Notes: generated from the sequence alone by a model not told the origin. Counted from the first letter of the stretch, positions 1 to 11,987 are shown. The stretch is 64,000 bases of DNA from Dehalococcoidia bacterium (GCA_030602785.1 JAUVZB010000004.1:33344-97343); one strand, 5' to 3'. Numbers and translations are program-made.

Positions 1-505
1 GACCGCTGTCTCCATAATCTGCCAGTATTTCCGGGGCAAGCGCCTCGCCGATCTCGTTGTGGTCGCCACAGACATAGGCATATCCAAGCGGGCGCGCGAC
101 GTCGCAGCAAGTCTCGGCGCGGCACTCGCGATTGTCGAGAAGCGCAGGATTGGCAACGCGGACTCCACCGAGGCCCTCAACGTTATCGGCGATGTCAGCG
201 GACGAGTCGCGCTTACAGTCGACGACGAGATTGACACGGCCGGTTCCCTGGTGGGAGTCGTGGATGCCCTGCTGGCACGTGGTGCTACAGAGGTCTACGC
301 CTGCGCGACTCACCCGATACTCTCCGGGAAGGCAGTCGAGAGGATTGCCAGCAGTCCCGTGAAGGAAGTCGTCGTTACGGATACTGTTTCTCTCAACGGC
401 GACAAGAAACTGGACAAGATTACAGTGCTGTCGATCTCTTCGCTTCTTGGCGAGGCCATTCATCGCATCCACACAGGCCTGTCTGTGGGGGCTATGTTCG
501 AGTAG
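1..505 (+). CDS. prs: ribose-phosphate pyrophosphokinase (PRPP synthetase), C-terminal part; 5' end lies upstream of the window
   Basis: Frame-2 translation from position 2 continues upstream of ORF 59-505; C-terminal region (…GDVSGRVALTVDDEIDTAGSL…ATHPILSG…) matches the PRPP synthetase C-terminal domain. Confidence 0.85.
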   Translation, partial: TAVSIICQYFRGKRLADLVVVATDIGISKRARDVAASLGAALAIVEKRRIGNADSTEALNVIGDVSGRVALTVDDEIDTAGSLVGVVDALLARGATEVYACATHPILSGKAVERIASSPVKEVVVTDTVSLNGDKKLDKITVLSISSLLGEAIHRIHTGLSVGAMFE

Positions 506-532
506 GTCGTGCGCACGCGGTGCGCATGCTGA

Positions 533-3184
533 ATGCACGTGGTTCATCTTACCGGTCGCCTGGGACGCAAGTTCGGCGGGCTCTTCGACTCCAACGACAA
601 ACAGTTGAAGAAGCTCGGTCCTATTGTCGACCGCGTGAACTCCCTCGAGCCCGAACTCCAGTCTCTCAGCGACGAAGCTCTCCGCGCAACTACTGAAGGC
701 CTGCAACAGGAACTCGGACGTGGGGCTTCCATGGACGACATCCTGCCACAGGCCTTCGCTGCGGTTCGGGAGACATCGTGGCGCAAGCTTGGCCTACGGC
801 ACTTCGACGTTCAGTTGGTTGGTGGAATCGCCCTCCATCGGGGGCAGATAGCCGAGATGAAGACAGGCGAGGGCAAGACGCTCGCCGCTACGCTACCCCT
901 CTACTTGAACGCGCTTGAGGGAAAGGGTTGTCACCTCGTTACCGTCAACGACTACCTCGCGAAACGCGACTGTCTCTGGATGGGCCCGGTCTATCATTCA
1001 CTCGGTCTCTCAGTTGCCTGTATCACGGGGCGGCAGGATGACGGGACACAGCGCCCCTCGTTCATCTACGACCCCGAGTATGAGGACCCCAACGAGCGAT
1101 GGTCGAAGCTCAGACCCACCACCCGACTGGAGGCCTACGCCGCCGACATCACGTACGGCACCAACAACGAATTCGGCTTCGACTACCTGCGGGACAACAT
1201 GGTCAATGACCTGTCTCAGTGCGCCCAGAGAGACCTTCACTACGCTATCGTCGACGAAGTGGACAACATACTCATTGACGAGGCGCGAACCCCGCTCATC
1301 ATCAGCGCTGCGTCAGAGGAGGCGGCCAACAGGTACGTCATCTTCGACCGCGTGGTATCCAGGCTTGTGAGTGACACCGACTACGTGGTGGACGAGCGCA
1401 CTCGCTCGGTCCATCTGACCGATGACATCGGCATCCCGAAAGTGGAGAGCATGCTGCAGCAGCAGGGAGTGCTCAAGGGACCGAGCCTCTTCGACCATTC
1501 CAACTTCGTGCTCACCCACTACCTCCAGAGTGCACTGCGCGCCCATGCCCTGTTCCGTAGGGACCGCGACTACGTGGTCAAGAACGGACAGGTGATAATC
1601 GTTGACGAGTTCACAGGACGCCTCATGCCCGGCCGCCGCTACTCGGAGGGTCTGCACCAGGCAATCGAGGCCAGAGAACACGTACAGGTCCAACGCGAGA
1701 GCGTCACGCATGCCACGATTACTTTCCAGAACTTCTTCAGGATGTACGCCAAGCTTGCAGGCATGACGGGCACTGCCGCTACCGAGGCCGAGGAATTCAG
1801 TCGCATCTACAACCTCGAAGTCTTGGTAGTACCGACGAACATGCCGATGATCAGGGAGGACCTGTCCGACAGGATTTACAGGGACGAAGCGGTCAAGTTC
1901 ACGGCGGTTGCCAACGACGTGGCACGGGCCCACGCAGCAGGCCGCCCCGTCCTAGTGGGCACAACATCCATCGACAAGTCAGAGGTCCTCGGCGACCTGT
2001 TCACGCGACAGGGCCTCCGCGCCCAGATACTCAACGCCAAGAACCATGAGAAAGAAGCCAGCATCATTGCTGAGGCAGGTCGCCTCGGGGCTATCACCGT
2101 CGCAACGAACATGGCCGGCAGGGGAGTGGACATAATCCTGGGCGGCAATCCGGCGAACCGCCCACCCGAGGAATGGCAGAAGGAGCACGACGCAGTCGTC
2201 GCGACGGGAGGTCTCTACGTTCTCGGCACCGAACACCACGAGGCCAGACGAATTGATAACCAGCTTCGCGGGCGCTCGGGACGACAGGGCGATTCGGGAG
2301 CTACGTGTTTCTTCGTCTCTCTTGACGATGACATCATGCGTCGCTTCGGTGGGGACCGCGTGAAGTCAGTCATGGAGTGGGCGGGTATGGATGACCAGAC
2401 CCCCATCGAGCACCCCGTTGTCACCAGGGCAATAGCCAACGCCCAGGTCCAGACTGAGGGCTACCACTTTGACACGCGGAAGCACCTTGTTGAGTACGAT
2501 GATGTGCTGAACAAGCACCGCCAGGTCACCTACGATGAGCGACGCAAGGTGCTTTCTGGCGCCGACCTGAGGGAGAACATCTTGTCCATGCTTGACGAGG
2601 AGATCGAGATCGCGGTCGATACGCACCTCGATCCGGACCGTGAAGAGCTGAATGGGGACGCTCTTTCCCAGGACCTCAACTCTTTGTTCCCCGTTTCCTC
2701 CGAGTTCGCCCAGGAGACATTCCAGCATCTTCCTCCGGCTCACATGCGTGGAACCCTTGTCGACAAGGTCACTCAGTATGCCCACCGGACATACGAAGAG
2801 CGAGAAAGCGAACTTGGTGCCCAGTCCATGCGCTTCGCCGAGAGATTCGTCATGTTGAGGGTGATTGATAACCTCTGGATGGAACACCTCACTGCGATGG
2901 AGCACATGAGGCATGGAATCGGTTTGCGGGCGGCAGGCCAGCAGAAACCAATCGACGTGTACAAGAGAGAAGGCCATGCGCTGTTCGAGGGCCTTCTCGC
3001 CGCCATCAAGCATGACGTTGCAGCCGGGATGTTCCGCGTCTCCGTCAAGACTCAGCAGCCTTCTCCTGCCCTCAGGCCGCCTTCGGTGAAGCGAGTCGTC
3101 GCTCCAGGTGGGAAGAAGGTTGGACGCAACGACCCCTGTCCGTGTGGCTCCGGCCGCAAGTACAAACAGTGCTGTGGGAAGTAG
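533..3184 (+). CDS. secA: preprotein translocase ATPase SecA (883 aa) with C-terminal zinc-binding CPCGSGRKYKQCCG tail
   Basis: DEAD-like motor motifs (MKTGEGKT, DEVD), length, C-terminal Zn finger; the true start may be the GTG at 539. Confidence 0.95.
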   Translation: MHVVHLTGRLGRKFGGLFDSNDKQLKKLGPIVDRVNSLEPELQSLSDEALRATTEGLQQELGRGASMDDILPQAFAAVRETSWRKLGLRHFDVQLVGGIALHRGQIAEMKTGEGKTLAATLPLYLNALEGKGCHLVTVNDYLAKRDCLWMGPVYHSLGLSVACITGRQDDGTQRPSFIYDPEYEDPNERWSKLRPTTRLEAYAADITYGTNNEFGFDYLRDNMVNDLSQCAQRDLHYAIVDEVDNILIDEARTPLIISAASEEAANRYVIFDRVVSRLVSDTDYVVDERTRSVHLTDDIGIPKVESMLQQQGVLKGPSLFDHSNFVLTHYLQSALRAHALFRRDRDYVVKNGQVIIVDEFTGRLMPGRRYSEGLHQAIEAREHVQVQRESVTHATITFQNFFRMYAKLAGMTGTAATEAEEFSRIYNLEVLVVPTNMPMIREDLSDRIYRDEAVKFTAVANDVARAHAAGRPVLVGTTSIDKSEVLGDLFTRQGLRAQILNAKNHEKEASIIAEAGRLGAITVATNMAGRGVDIILGGNPANRPPEEWQKEHDAVVATGGLYVLGTEHHEARRIDNQLRGRSGRQGDSGATCFFVSLDDDIMRRFGGDRVKSVMEWAGMDDQTPIEHPVVTRAIANAQVQTEGYHFDTRKHLVEYDDVLNKHRQVTYDERRKVLSGADLRENILSMLDEEIEIAVDTHLDPDREELNGDALSQDLNSLFPVSSEFAQETFQHLPPAHMRGTLVDKVTQYAHRTYEERESELGAQSMRFAERFVMLRVIDNLWMEHLTAMEHMRHGIGLRAAGQQKPIDVYKREGHALFEGLLAAIKHDVAAGMFRVSVKTQQPSPALRPPSVKRVVAPGGKKVGRNDPCPCGSGRKYKQCCGK

Positions 3185-3235
3185 GAACCCATATGCGGTC
3201 TGTGTTGGCGAGGGCAAGGTGGCGATTCGTAATGT

Positions 3236-3700
3236 AGGGCAGGGCTTCATCCCTGCCCTGAGTGGGGAGTGGTCTATCTGTAGGGGCCATGGCATGCCTG
3301 GCCCGTTGCTCCGTCGTCACACAACGCCGCAAAGGCCGACACAGCCCTGAATGGCACACAACCCGACGGACGACGCATGCTTTCTTCGGCTGTTGGGCTG
3401 GATTAGTTCGGGCACGGATTACCGAACTGCCCGCTGCTTGTCACACGAGCCATCTATCTGTAGGGGAGGGGCATGCCCCTCCCGTAGCCGTGACGGTGCT
3501 AAAGGCTGGTGCCGGCACCGTGTCCGAGAATGAGCAACGGGACACCGGAATTCCGTCGGCCCATCTTTCTATCACACGAGCCATCTATCGGTTGGGGCGC
3601 GGCGTGCCGCGCCCGCGGGGGAGTGTGTCGTTCGGGCCCGTGTTGCCTCCCTGCGTTGGATTCGACTCCCGTCACGACGGTCGGGCTAAAGGCCAAACCT
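3236..3700. repeat. cluster of three related intergenic repeat units (conserved motif TCACACGAGCCATCTATC[T/G]GT[A/T]GGGG followed by a different GC-rich perfect or near-perfect palindrome in each copy)
   Basis: Copies at about 3271-3304 (partial motif + GGGCCATGGCATGCCTGGCCC), 3440-3483 (motif + GGGAGGGGCATGCCCCTCCC) and 3566-3613 (motif + GGGCGCGGCGTGCCGCGCCC); shared downstream GCTAAAGGC segment at 3499 and 3686; extra hairpin AGGGCAGGG-cttcat-CCCTGCCCT at 3236-3259. Confidence 0.5.
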
Positions 3701-3773
3701 GAGGTTCTGCCTGTTGTCTACGCCGGCCCCCTGCGCGAACGCCCGGGGCCATTTCGTAATATACTGTGACGTT

Positions 3774-4445
3774 ATGGCTGACCCCGGCGTTGAACTCATC
3801 ATCTCCGAACTCCGCCAGAGTGTTGCGGACGGCCATGACTGGTACAGGGCTGTGCTCGTCGCGATAGGGCAGTGGCCTGTGCAGGAGGAGGAGCTGGATG
3901 GTGAGCGGTTCGTCTACCTGATTGATGGAGAGGCGCTCGACCTCATGCGCCTGTGCGAGCGCCTGTGTGCGACCATCGCTGACCTCGTGCCGGAACAGCA
4001 ACTCCTGGACCTTCTCGCCCACGACCGACCACCGAACGAAGTCACGCGCGAAGAACTCAAATCACTCATCGGGCCACAGAAGTATCGCGCCTACCTTACG
4101 TACCTCTATGGGGTACTTGTCGAGGAGATGGTTGCGCTGGCCGTCCTCGAGGAATTTCGCAAGCAGAGGCGCGCAGCCGGTCTGACCCGCTGCGATGCAG
4201 ACATCGATGAGGCCTATGCTTATGTGTATGGCAGTGGGAGACAGGAACTGGTTGCTGCTTTCAGACGAGAGAATGGCCTCGCCCTGCGGCGAAGCATTAC
4301 CCTGACCGAGCTCAAGCAATTCGCGTACTGGCTCTTCAAGCTGCGCCTCAAGTCCTCCGACAAGTCCCGGGTCGCAAGCGACACGAAGCGCGCGCTGATG
4401 GCGCTTCACCGCCAGATGGGAGCCAGGGGAAAGCTCGGTCTCTAG
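3774..4445 (+). CDS. hypothetical protein (about 224 aa), no recognisable domain
   Basis: ORF 3714-4445 with first plausible ATG at 3774 after the repeat cluster; its stop overlaps the valS stop in a shared CTAG (4442-4445). Confidence 0.4.
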   Translation: MADPGVELIISELRQSVADGHDWYRAVLVAIGQWPVQEEELDGERFVYLIDGEALDLMRLCERLCATIADLVPEQQLLDLLAHDRPPNEVTREELKSLIGPQKYRAYLTYLYGVLVEEMVALAVLEEFRKQRRAAGLTRCDADIDEAYAYVYGSGRQELVAAFRRENGLALRRSITLTELKQFAYWLFKLRLKSSDKSRVASDTKRALMALHRQMGARGKLGL

Positions 4446-7126
4446 TCCAGCTGGCCCAGCTCCGTCTCCAGTCGCGCAAGTTTGTCTCGTAGACTTGCAG
4501 CCAACTCGCGCTGACGTGCCACCACGTCGGCTGGTGCTCGTGAGCGAAAGACATCGTCGGCGAGCCGTTGTTCCACGCCCTCCAGCCTCGCCCTCGTGGA
4601 TTCGGATTCCTTCATAAGCAGCAGCCTGATCCTCTCAGCCTCCGCTGGGTTCACTCCGGCGAGCGCTATCTCCGCATCGGTCAGGATGATAGTTCCCTGA
4701 TTGTCGCCTCCGTCCAGCTTGCTCTCACGGTCCTGGACACTGATGACATGAGTGCGCGAAAGGCGCTCAATCAGAGGCACCAGCGTCTTCATCTGTTCAA
4801 GAATGCTACCGGCGTAGATTCTTGCTTCCATCCGGACCGAGGCCTCGATTTTCCGTTCCGCTCTCGCATTGCGCAGCGCCCGAATCACGTCGATTGCTGC
4901 GTTCACTGCACGTTCCGAATCCGCATCAGTTCCCTGGTCGTCGCAGACCGGATACGCCGCCACCATAATCGACCCGGGAACATCGCGCTCCGGGACGTCG
5001 TGAGGCCGGAGTGTCTGCCACAACTCCTCCGTGACAAACGGCATGAATGGGTGAAGAAGGCGCAGCGAAGTCTCCAACACGGAGACGAGGTACGGGAGTG
5101 GAGATATGGAGTCGGATTCAGTTCCGGAGGCACCGTCCTTCAGCCGCAGCTTGGCCATCTCGATGTACCAGTCGCAGAACTCGGACCAGAGGAAGTCGTG
5201 TATCTGCCGTTCGGCCTCGCCCAACTGGTACTGCTCCATGAGAGTGTTCACAGAGGCCACCAGGCGATTCAACCGGCTGAGTATCCAGCGGTCCTCCAAT
5301 CGCACGGGCGGGCAGACCTCCCCTGTCGGTCCCCACGCGGCCGTCACATCAGCGGAGCTCTGCAGGACGAATCTCGTGGCATTCCACAGCTTGTTGACGA
5401 AATTGCGCGAGGCCTCGAGCTTGGCTGCGCCGAACGACAGGTCGTTCCCCGGAGAGTTGCCCGTCGTCAGTGCGAAGCGGAGCGCATCCACTCCGTACTT
5501 CGCAATCACCTCGTCCGGCCTCATGACATTGCCGCGCATCTTGCTCATCTTCTGTCCGTGCTCGTCACGGATCAAGCCGTTCAGATAGACCGTGTGGAAC
5601 GGGATTTTCCCTGTGTCCTCCAGTCCCATCATTATCATCCGCGCAACCCAGAAGAACAGGATGTCGTAGCCTGTCTCCATTACTGCTGTGGGATAGAAGT
5701 AGCGCAGGTCCTCAGTGTCGTCAGGCCAACCCAGTGTGGAGTGAGGCCACAAGCCGGAACTGAACCATGTGTCAAGGACATCCGGGTCTTGCTCTATGCG
5801 GTTGCTCCCGCACTTCTCGCAGCCTCCCGGTGTCTCCACGCTCACGGTAAGGGCCTCGCAGTCGGCGCAGTACCAGACCGGTATGCGATGTCCCCACCAC
5901 AGCTGCCGGCTGATACACCAGTCCTTGATGGACTCCATCCAGGAGTAGTAGACCTTCGTGAAATGGTCCGGGATGATACGAATCTCGCCTTCCCGCACTA
6001 CGCGGATCGCCGCTTCCGCAAGTGGCTTCGCGTCAACGAACCACTGCAGGCTGACCCGGGGCTCCACGGACGTGCGGCAACGGCTGCAGTGCCCCACCAT
6101 GTGAGAGTATGGCTCAGTGCGTTCCAGGAGGCCTTGCTGCGCGAACTGCTCGACGACCCTGTCCCTGCATTCCATGCTGCCCATGGCCTCGCACGCCAGC
6201 GCATTCTCGTTCATTGTCCCATCTGCATTGAACACATTGAGATGAGGGAGGTCGTGGCGGTTTGCAATCTCGAGGTCCGTTGGGTCGTGGCTGGGAGTTA
6301 TCTTGAGCGCCCCGGTTCCGAACGACGGCTCAACCGCCTCGTCGGCGATTACCGGAATCTCTCTTCCCGAGATGGGCAGGACAACCATCCTGCCAACGGC
6401 ACTGGCGTAGCGCTCGTCGGCTGGACTCACGGCCACTGCCGTGTCGCCGTAGCAGGTCTCAGGCCTCGTAGTAGCGATGGTGATATGGCCCTTGCCGTCG
6501 GCGAAGGGATAGCTGAAGTAGTAGAGCTGTCCGTTCGTGTCGTGGTGCTCAACCTCAAGATCCGACAGGGCGGTCTGGCATCGAGGGCACCAGTTGACCA
6601 TGCGCTCGCCCCGGTAGATGAGACCTTTGCCGTAGAGTCTGACGAACGCCGTGCGTACTGCCCGGCTCGGACCTTCGTCCAGCGTGAACGTGTCACGCGT
6701 CCAGTCGCATGAAGCTCCCAGCATGTGGTGCTGTTGTTCGATGGCCGCGCGGCTGCGTCTCGCGCGTGCCCACGCGCGCTCGACAAACTTCTCCCGACCG
6801 ATGTCCTGCCTGGTGAGTCCTTCTCTGGCAAGGTCCTGCTCGACAAGCACCTGTGTCGCAATACCAGCATGGTCGCTACCCGGAATCCAGAGGCTCGGCT
6901 CGCCAAGCATCCGGTGCCAGCGGATCATGATGTCCTCCAGTACCATGGTCAACGCATGACCTACGTGCAGTTCGCCTGTCACGTTGGGTGGAGGCATGAT
7001 TATGACGAAGGGTTGTCGTTCGGGGTCGATACGTGGAGTGAAGTATCCCTGTGACAACCAGAACTGATACCACTTCTCCTCGATCTTGCCCGGTTCGTAT
7101 GCCTTTGCAAGTCCTTCAGAATTCAA
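4442..7126 (-). CDS. valS: valyl-tRNA synthetase
   Basis: 894 aa, HIGH-type motif PPNVTGELHVGHAL, KMSK region, C-terminal coiled coil; class I aaRS. Confidence 0.95.
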   Translation of the reverse strand: MNSEGLAKAYEPGKIEEKWYQFWLSQGYFTPRIDPERQPFVIIMPPPNVTGELHVGHALTMVLEDIMIRWHRMLGEPSLWIPGSDHAGIATQVLVEQDLAREGLTRQDIGREKFVERAWARARRSRAAIEQQHHMLGASCDWTRDTFTLDEGPSRAVRTAFVRLYGKGLIYRGERMVNWCPRCQTALSDLEVEHHDTNGQLYYFSYPFADGKGHITIATTRPETCYGDTAVAVSPADERYASAVGRMVVLPISGREIPVIADEAVEPSFGTGALKITPSHDPTDLEIANRHDLPHLNVFNADGTMNENALACEAMGSMECRDRVVEQFAQQGLLERTEPYSHMVGHCSRCRTSVEPRVSLQWFVDAKPLAEAAIRVVREGEIRIIPDHFTKVYYSWMESIKDWCISRQLWWGHRIPVWYCADCEALTVSVETPGGCEKCGSNRIEQDPDVLDTWFSSGLWPHSTLGWPDDTEDLRYFYPTAVMETGYDILFFWVARMIMMGLEDTGKIPFHTVYLNGLIRDEHGQKMSKMRGNVMRPDEVIAKYGVDALRFALTTGNSPGNDLSFGAAKLEASRNFVNKLWNATRFVLQSSADVTAAWGPTGEVCPPVRLEDRWILSRLNRLVASVNTLMEQYQLGEAERQIHDFLWSEFCDWYIEMAKLRLKDGASGTESDSISPLPYLVSVLETSLRLLHPFMPFVTEELWQTLRPHDVPERDVPGSIMVAAYPVCDDQGTDADSERAVNAAIDVIRALRNARAERKIEASVRMEARIYAGSILEQMKTLVPLIERLSRTHVISVQDRESKLDGGDNQGTIILTDAEIALAGVNPAEAERIRLLLMKESESTRARLEGVEQRLADDVFRSRAPADVVARQRELAASLRDKLARLETELGQLD

Positions 7127-7209
7127 GTGTCAATACCTCGCTTTCCTGGGAAACGGCGCAACCGTACACGGGATTGAGAGACGGGCACGGCGCAACTGTC
7201 GTCGTGGCG

Positions 7210-8391
7210 TCAACCAAGCAATTTCACGACCCGGTTGACTATGTGGTCCGCCACATCGCGCTTGGACAGAAGCGGAAGACGCTCAACACTCCCCTTGCGG
7301 TCGATAATCGTAACGCGGTTGTCGTCGGAGCCGAAACCGCTGTCTCCCGAGGTGATGTCGTTCGCGGCAATGAGGTCGAGTTCCTTTTCTTCCAGCTTGT
7401 GACGTGCGTGTTCCTCAAGATCGTTGCTCTCAGCCGCGAAGCCGACGCGGACGAAATCGCCCCGAAGTGACCCGAGTATGTCTATTGTTCGCTCCAGTGA
7501 GAGGACAAGCGTGCCGGGGCCCTTCTTTATCTTCTCATCCGCAGTCTGCGTAGGCCGGTAGTCAGCGACCGCTGCCGCCATGATAAGAGCAGCGGTGTCC
7601 CGTACCGCGGTCTTTGTTGCCTCGTACATCTCCTGGGCGGTCAGCACCTGCACGAACTCGACACCGGCGGGAGGACGAAGCGAGGTTGGTGCGCTCACGA
7701 GCACCACATCCGCGCCACGGTCGCGGCACGCCTCCGCAAGCGCATAGCCCATCTTGCCGGAGGACCGGTTGGCTATACAGCGCACGGGGTCTATGGGCTC
7801 CTGGGTACCTCCGGCAGTCACCACGATCTTCCTTCCGGCCAGGTCTCCCTGCCGCCCGAGGACCTTCAGAGTATGCTCGACGATGTCGTGCGTATTGGAC
7901 ATCCTTCCTGCGCCGGTCCTTCCTGACGCGAGAACCCCTGATGCAGGCCCCACGACCACAGCGCCTCTCTGCTTGAGAACCGCGATGTTTGCCTGCGTGG
8001 CGGCGTTAGCATACATGTCTTCATCCATGGCCGGCGCTACGATTAGCGGCCGCGTACAGGCAAGCACGGTGCAGCAGAGGATATCGTCGGCCAAGCCGTG
8101 CGCAATACGGGCGATGGCGTCAGCGCTCGCCGGCGCCACCAGCACCGCGTCCACGGCCCCGGCAAGTGAGATGTGTGGTATCGCGCCGACGGGTCCTCCG
8201 TCAAACAGCCCGGTTGTCACAGGCCGACCCAGAAGAGCCTCAAACGTCAGGGGACAGACGAACTTCGTGGCTGCCTCGGTCATCACGACGTCCACAACTA
8301 CTCCGCGCCGCGACAGCTCCCGTGCAAGCTCGACCGCCTTGTAGGCTGCGATGCTTCCTGTGACACCAAGCAGTACTCTCTTGCCATTCAT
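7210..8391 (-). CDS. coaBC: bifunctional phosphopantothenoylcysteine decarboxylase / phosphopantothenate-cysteine ligase
   Basis: N-terminal flavoprotein domain (LLGVTGSIAAYK) plus C-terminal DFP/CoaB domain; 393 aa. Confidence 0.9.
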   Translation of the reverse strand: MNGKRVLLGVTGSIAAYKAVELARELSRRGVVVDVVMTEAATKFVCPLTFEALLGRPVTTGLFDGGPVGAIPHISLAGAVDAVLVAPASADAIARIAHGLADDILCCTVLACTRPLIVAPAMDEDMYANAATQANIAVLKQRGAVVVGPASGVLASGRTGAGRMSNTHDIVEHTLKVLGRQGDLAGRKIVVTAGGTQEPIDPVRCIANRSSGKMGYALAEACRDRGADVVLVSAPTSLRPPAGVEFVQVLTAQEMYEATKTAVRDTAALIMAAAVADYRPTQTADEKIKKGPGTLVLSLERTIDILGSLRGDFVRVGFAAESNDLEEHARHKLEEKELDLIAANDITSGDSGFGSDDNRVTIIDRKGSVERLPLLSKRDVADHIVNRVVKLLG

Positions 8392-8403
8392 CAGATGGTC
8401 CCT

Positions 8404-9177
8404 CTACCCCTCTGTCATGTTCATCTCGTAGATGAGTCGCAAACCTGTGAGAGACAGGTCAGGATCGGATACCTGAATGACCGGGATTTCCCGGGTGAAC
8501 ATATCCGCGTATCCGCCGGTGGCGACGATTTTCGGCTCACCCTCCAGTTCGGCGCTGATTTCCGCCACTATCTTCTCAATGAGCCCGATATACCCGAAGA
8601 CGATTCCGGATTGCATGGCGCTCACCGTCCCATGTCCGATTGCATGTTTCGGCCTGAGCAGTTCGATGCGAGGCAGCGCTGCAGTGCGAGAAAACAGGGC
8701 CTCACTCGATATAGTGATGCCCGGCGCAATGGCGCCCCCCAGGAAGTCGCCCTCTTGCGACACGACGTCGAATGTCGTTGCAGTTCCGAAGTCGATGACG
8801 ATGAGGGGCTTTCCGTACAGCTTGGTTCCTGCCACGACGTTGGCAACCCGGTCGGGCCCGAGTTCCCTCGGGTTGTCAACCAGGAGCCTCAGTCCGGTCC
8901 TTATGCCGGGCTCAAGAACCAGCGCGTGTGTGTCCAGATACCTGGCGCATACGTCCTGGAAGACCGGCACAAGGGGAGGCACAACACTGCACAGGACGGC
9001 GCCTCGTATGGCCGATGTCTGCACGCTGTGCCGCTGCAACAAGCTGAACACAAGTGAGCCGTACTCGTCTGCGGACCTGTCTGTTCCAGACATGAGACGC
9101 CATGCATGTACGAGGCGTTCCCCGTCGAACAAACCCATATTGATGCTTGTGTTACCTATGTCTATGGCGAATAGCAT
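8404..9177 (-). CDS. coaX: type III pantothenate kinase
   Basis: MLFAIDIGNTSINMGLF… typical CoaX N-terminus, 257 aa, adjacent to coaBC. Confidence 0.9.
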   Translation of the reverse strand: MLFAIDIGNTSINMGLFDGERLVHAWRLMSGTDRSADEYGSLVFSLLQRHSVQTSAIRGAVLCSVVPPLVPVFQDVCARYLDTHALVLEPGIRTGLRLLVDNPRELGPDRVANVVAGTKLYGKPLIVIDFGTATTFDVVSQEGDFLGGAIAPGITISSEALFSRTAALPRIELLRPKHAIGHGTVSAMQSGIVFGYIGLIEKIVAEISAELEGEPKIVATGGYADMFTREIPVIQVSDPDLSLTGLRLIYEMNMTEG

Positions 9178-9240
9178 GCCGCCTCCGCTGATACACAGAC
9201 TCCCCGATACGAGTTGCCCTCCATGGACACCCGTCGGAGC

Positions 9241-10191
9241 TCAAATCCAGCGGCGATGTCGCAAGTATGCGAACACGCTCAACCCGACTGTCCCCATGGC
9301 GCCAAGAATCAGGCCAAACGACAGGAGTCCTCCTCTCTCGATGCCACCCGGAAGAAAGACGTTCATCCCGAATATGCCCGTGAGCAGGGTAAGGGGTGCG
9401 AGAACCACCGTTATGATAGTGAGAACCCTCATTATCTCCTGTATCCGGTGTGACGTGAGCCAGTTGCTCGTCTCTGCGAGCCCGTCGACGACCTCCTTGC
9501 AGTCTTCCAGGCCGTCCCAGATCTTCCGCACATGGTCTGCGATGTCGCCGAAGTATATCTCCTGCTCTTCTTTGAAGAACGGGTAGTCTTCCTGTTCGAG
9601 AGTCTCAAGCACGGCTATCTGCGGCCGTACGACCCGCCTGAAGGAAATGAGGTCGCGTCGCAGCAGCGAGATGCTGCGCACGGTCGCAGGAACAGCTTCG
9701 GTGAATATGACGTCCTCAATGTCGTCGATGTTGTCTGTGATCCGGTTGAGTATCGGGAAACAGTAGTTCACGAGGCGGTCAATGATGTGATAGAGGAGGT
9801 AACCTGAGCTGCGACCCAGATATGCAGCCCTGCTCTCGTCACGAATCCGACACTCCTGAAAGAACTTGGACAGTGGCTTCAGGTCGCCACTGCAGTGGAC
9901 CGTAACCACGTAGTCTTCCCCGATGAACACATCGACCTCACTGGGCCGCGTGATGCGGTTCTCTTTGTCGAAGACAGGGAACTGCATGACGATGAACAGG
10001 TGGTCGTCGTCTTCGTCGATCTTCGGCCGCTGGGCGCGGCTCAGGACGTCGTCGATCTCCAGGGGGTGGAAACCGAACCTGTCTGCGAGGTATTGTCCTT
10101 CGGCCTCCGTGGGCTTCTCAATGTATATCCATGTGAGCTTGCCCTCGGAGATGCTCTGAACCCTGAGCCCTTGCACCTCTGTGATTGACAT
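9241..10191 (-). CDS. corA: CorA family Mg2+/Co2+ transporter
   Basis: Two C-terminal TM helices with a GMN motif (TGIFGMNVF); 316 aa. Confidence 0.85.
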   Translation of the reverse strand: MSITEVQGLRVQSISEGKLTWIYIEKPTEAEGQYLADRFGFHPLEIDDVLSRAQRPKIDEDDDHLFIVMQFPVFDKENRITRPSEVDVFIGEDYVVTVHCSGDLKPLSKFFQECRIRDESRAAYLGRSSGYLLYHIIDRLVNYCFPILNRITDNIDDIEDVIFTEAVPATVRSISLLRRDLISFRRVVRPQIAVLETLEQEDYPFFKEEQEIYFGDIADHVRKIWDGLEDCKEVVDGLAETSNWLTSHRIQEIMRVLTIITVVLAPLTLLTGIFGMNVFLPGGIERGGLLSFGLILGAMGTVGLSVFAYLRHRRWI

Positions 10192-10330
10192 GTGTCGTCA
10201 CCTGATATCGAATGGGGAATGAGCCATTGTACCACTGGCAGCCTGACCGCACTAGGCAGCAACAGAGGTCGAGAAGCGCGCGTGGCGCTTGACAGCCATC
10301 CCCCCGAGACTGTAGTATACATTTCCTCGC

Positions 10331-10359
10331 ACCTTAACAGTTGAATAGTGGAAGGAAGG
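10331..10359 (+). promoter_or_regulatory. 5' arm of the 16S rRNA processing stem
   Basis: ACCTTAACAGTTGAATAGTGGAAGGAAGG is the reverse complement (one mismatch over 29-30 bp) of 11958-11987 downstream of the 16S. Confidence 0.6.
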
Positions 10360-10366
10360 TTCTTTT

Positions 10367-11878
<1,512 letters not shown>

Positions 11879-11957
11879 AGGGAGTCCTCGGGGATTATCC
11901 CCGGATTCCTAGGTCGGTCGGCGAACCTCGGTTCGCCGGTGTCTGAATGCATACAAT

Positions 11958-11987
11958 CCTTCCTTCCACTATTCAACTGCTAAGGTG
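11958..11987 (+). promoter_or_regulatory. 3' arm of the 16S processing stem, followed by a T7 run; small hairpins at 11890-11903 and 11918-11938
   Basis: CCTTCCTTCCACTATTCAACTGCTAAGGTG pairs with 10331-10359; CGGCGAAC-ctcg-GTTCGCCG hairpin; TTTTTTT at 11990-11996. Confidence 0.55.

Noticed and set aside
2366-3295. 309-aa minus-strand ORF overlapping the secA 3' end
   Set aside because: Antisense to secA, low-complexity Arg/Pro/Ser-rich translation; spurious.
4568-6712. 714-aa + strand ORF antisense to valS
   Set aside because: Same artefact; the valS assignment on the - strand is unambiguous.
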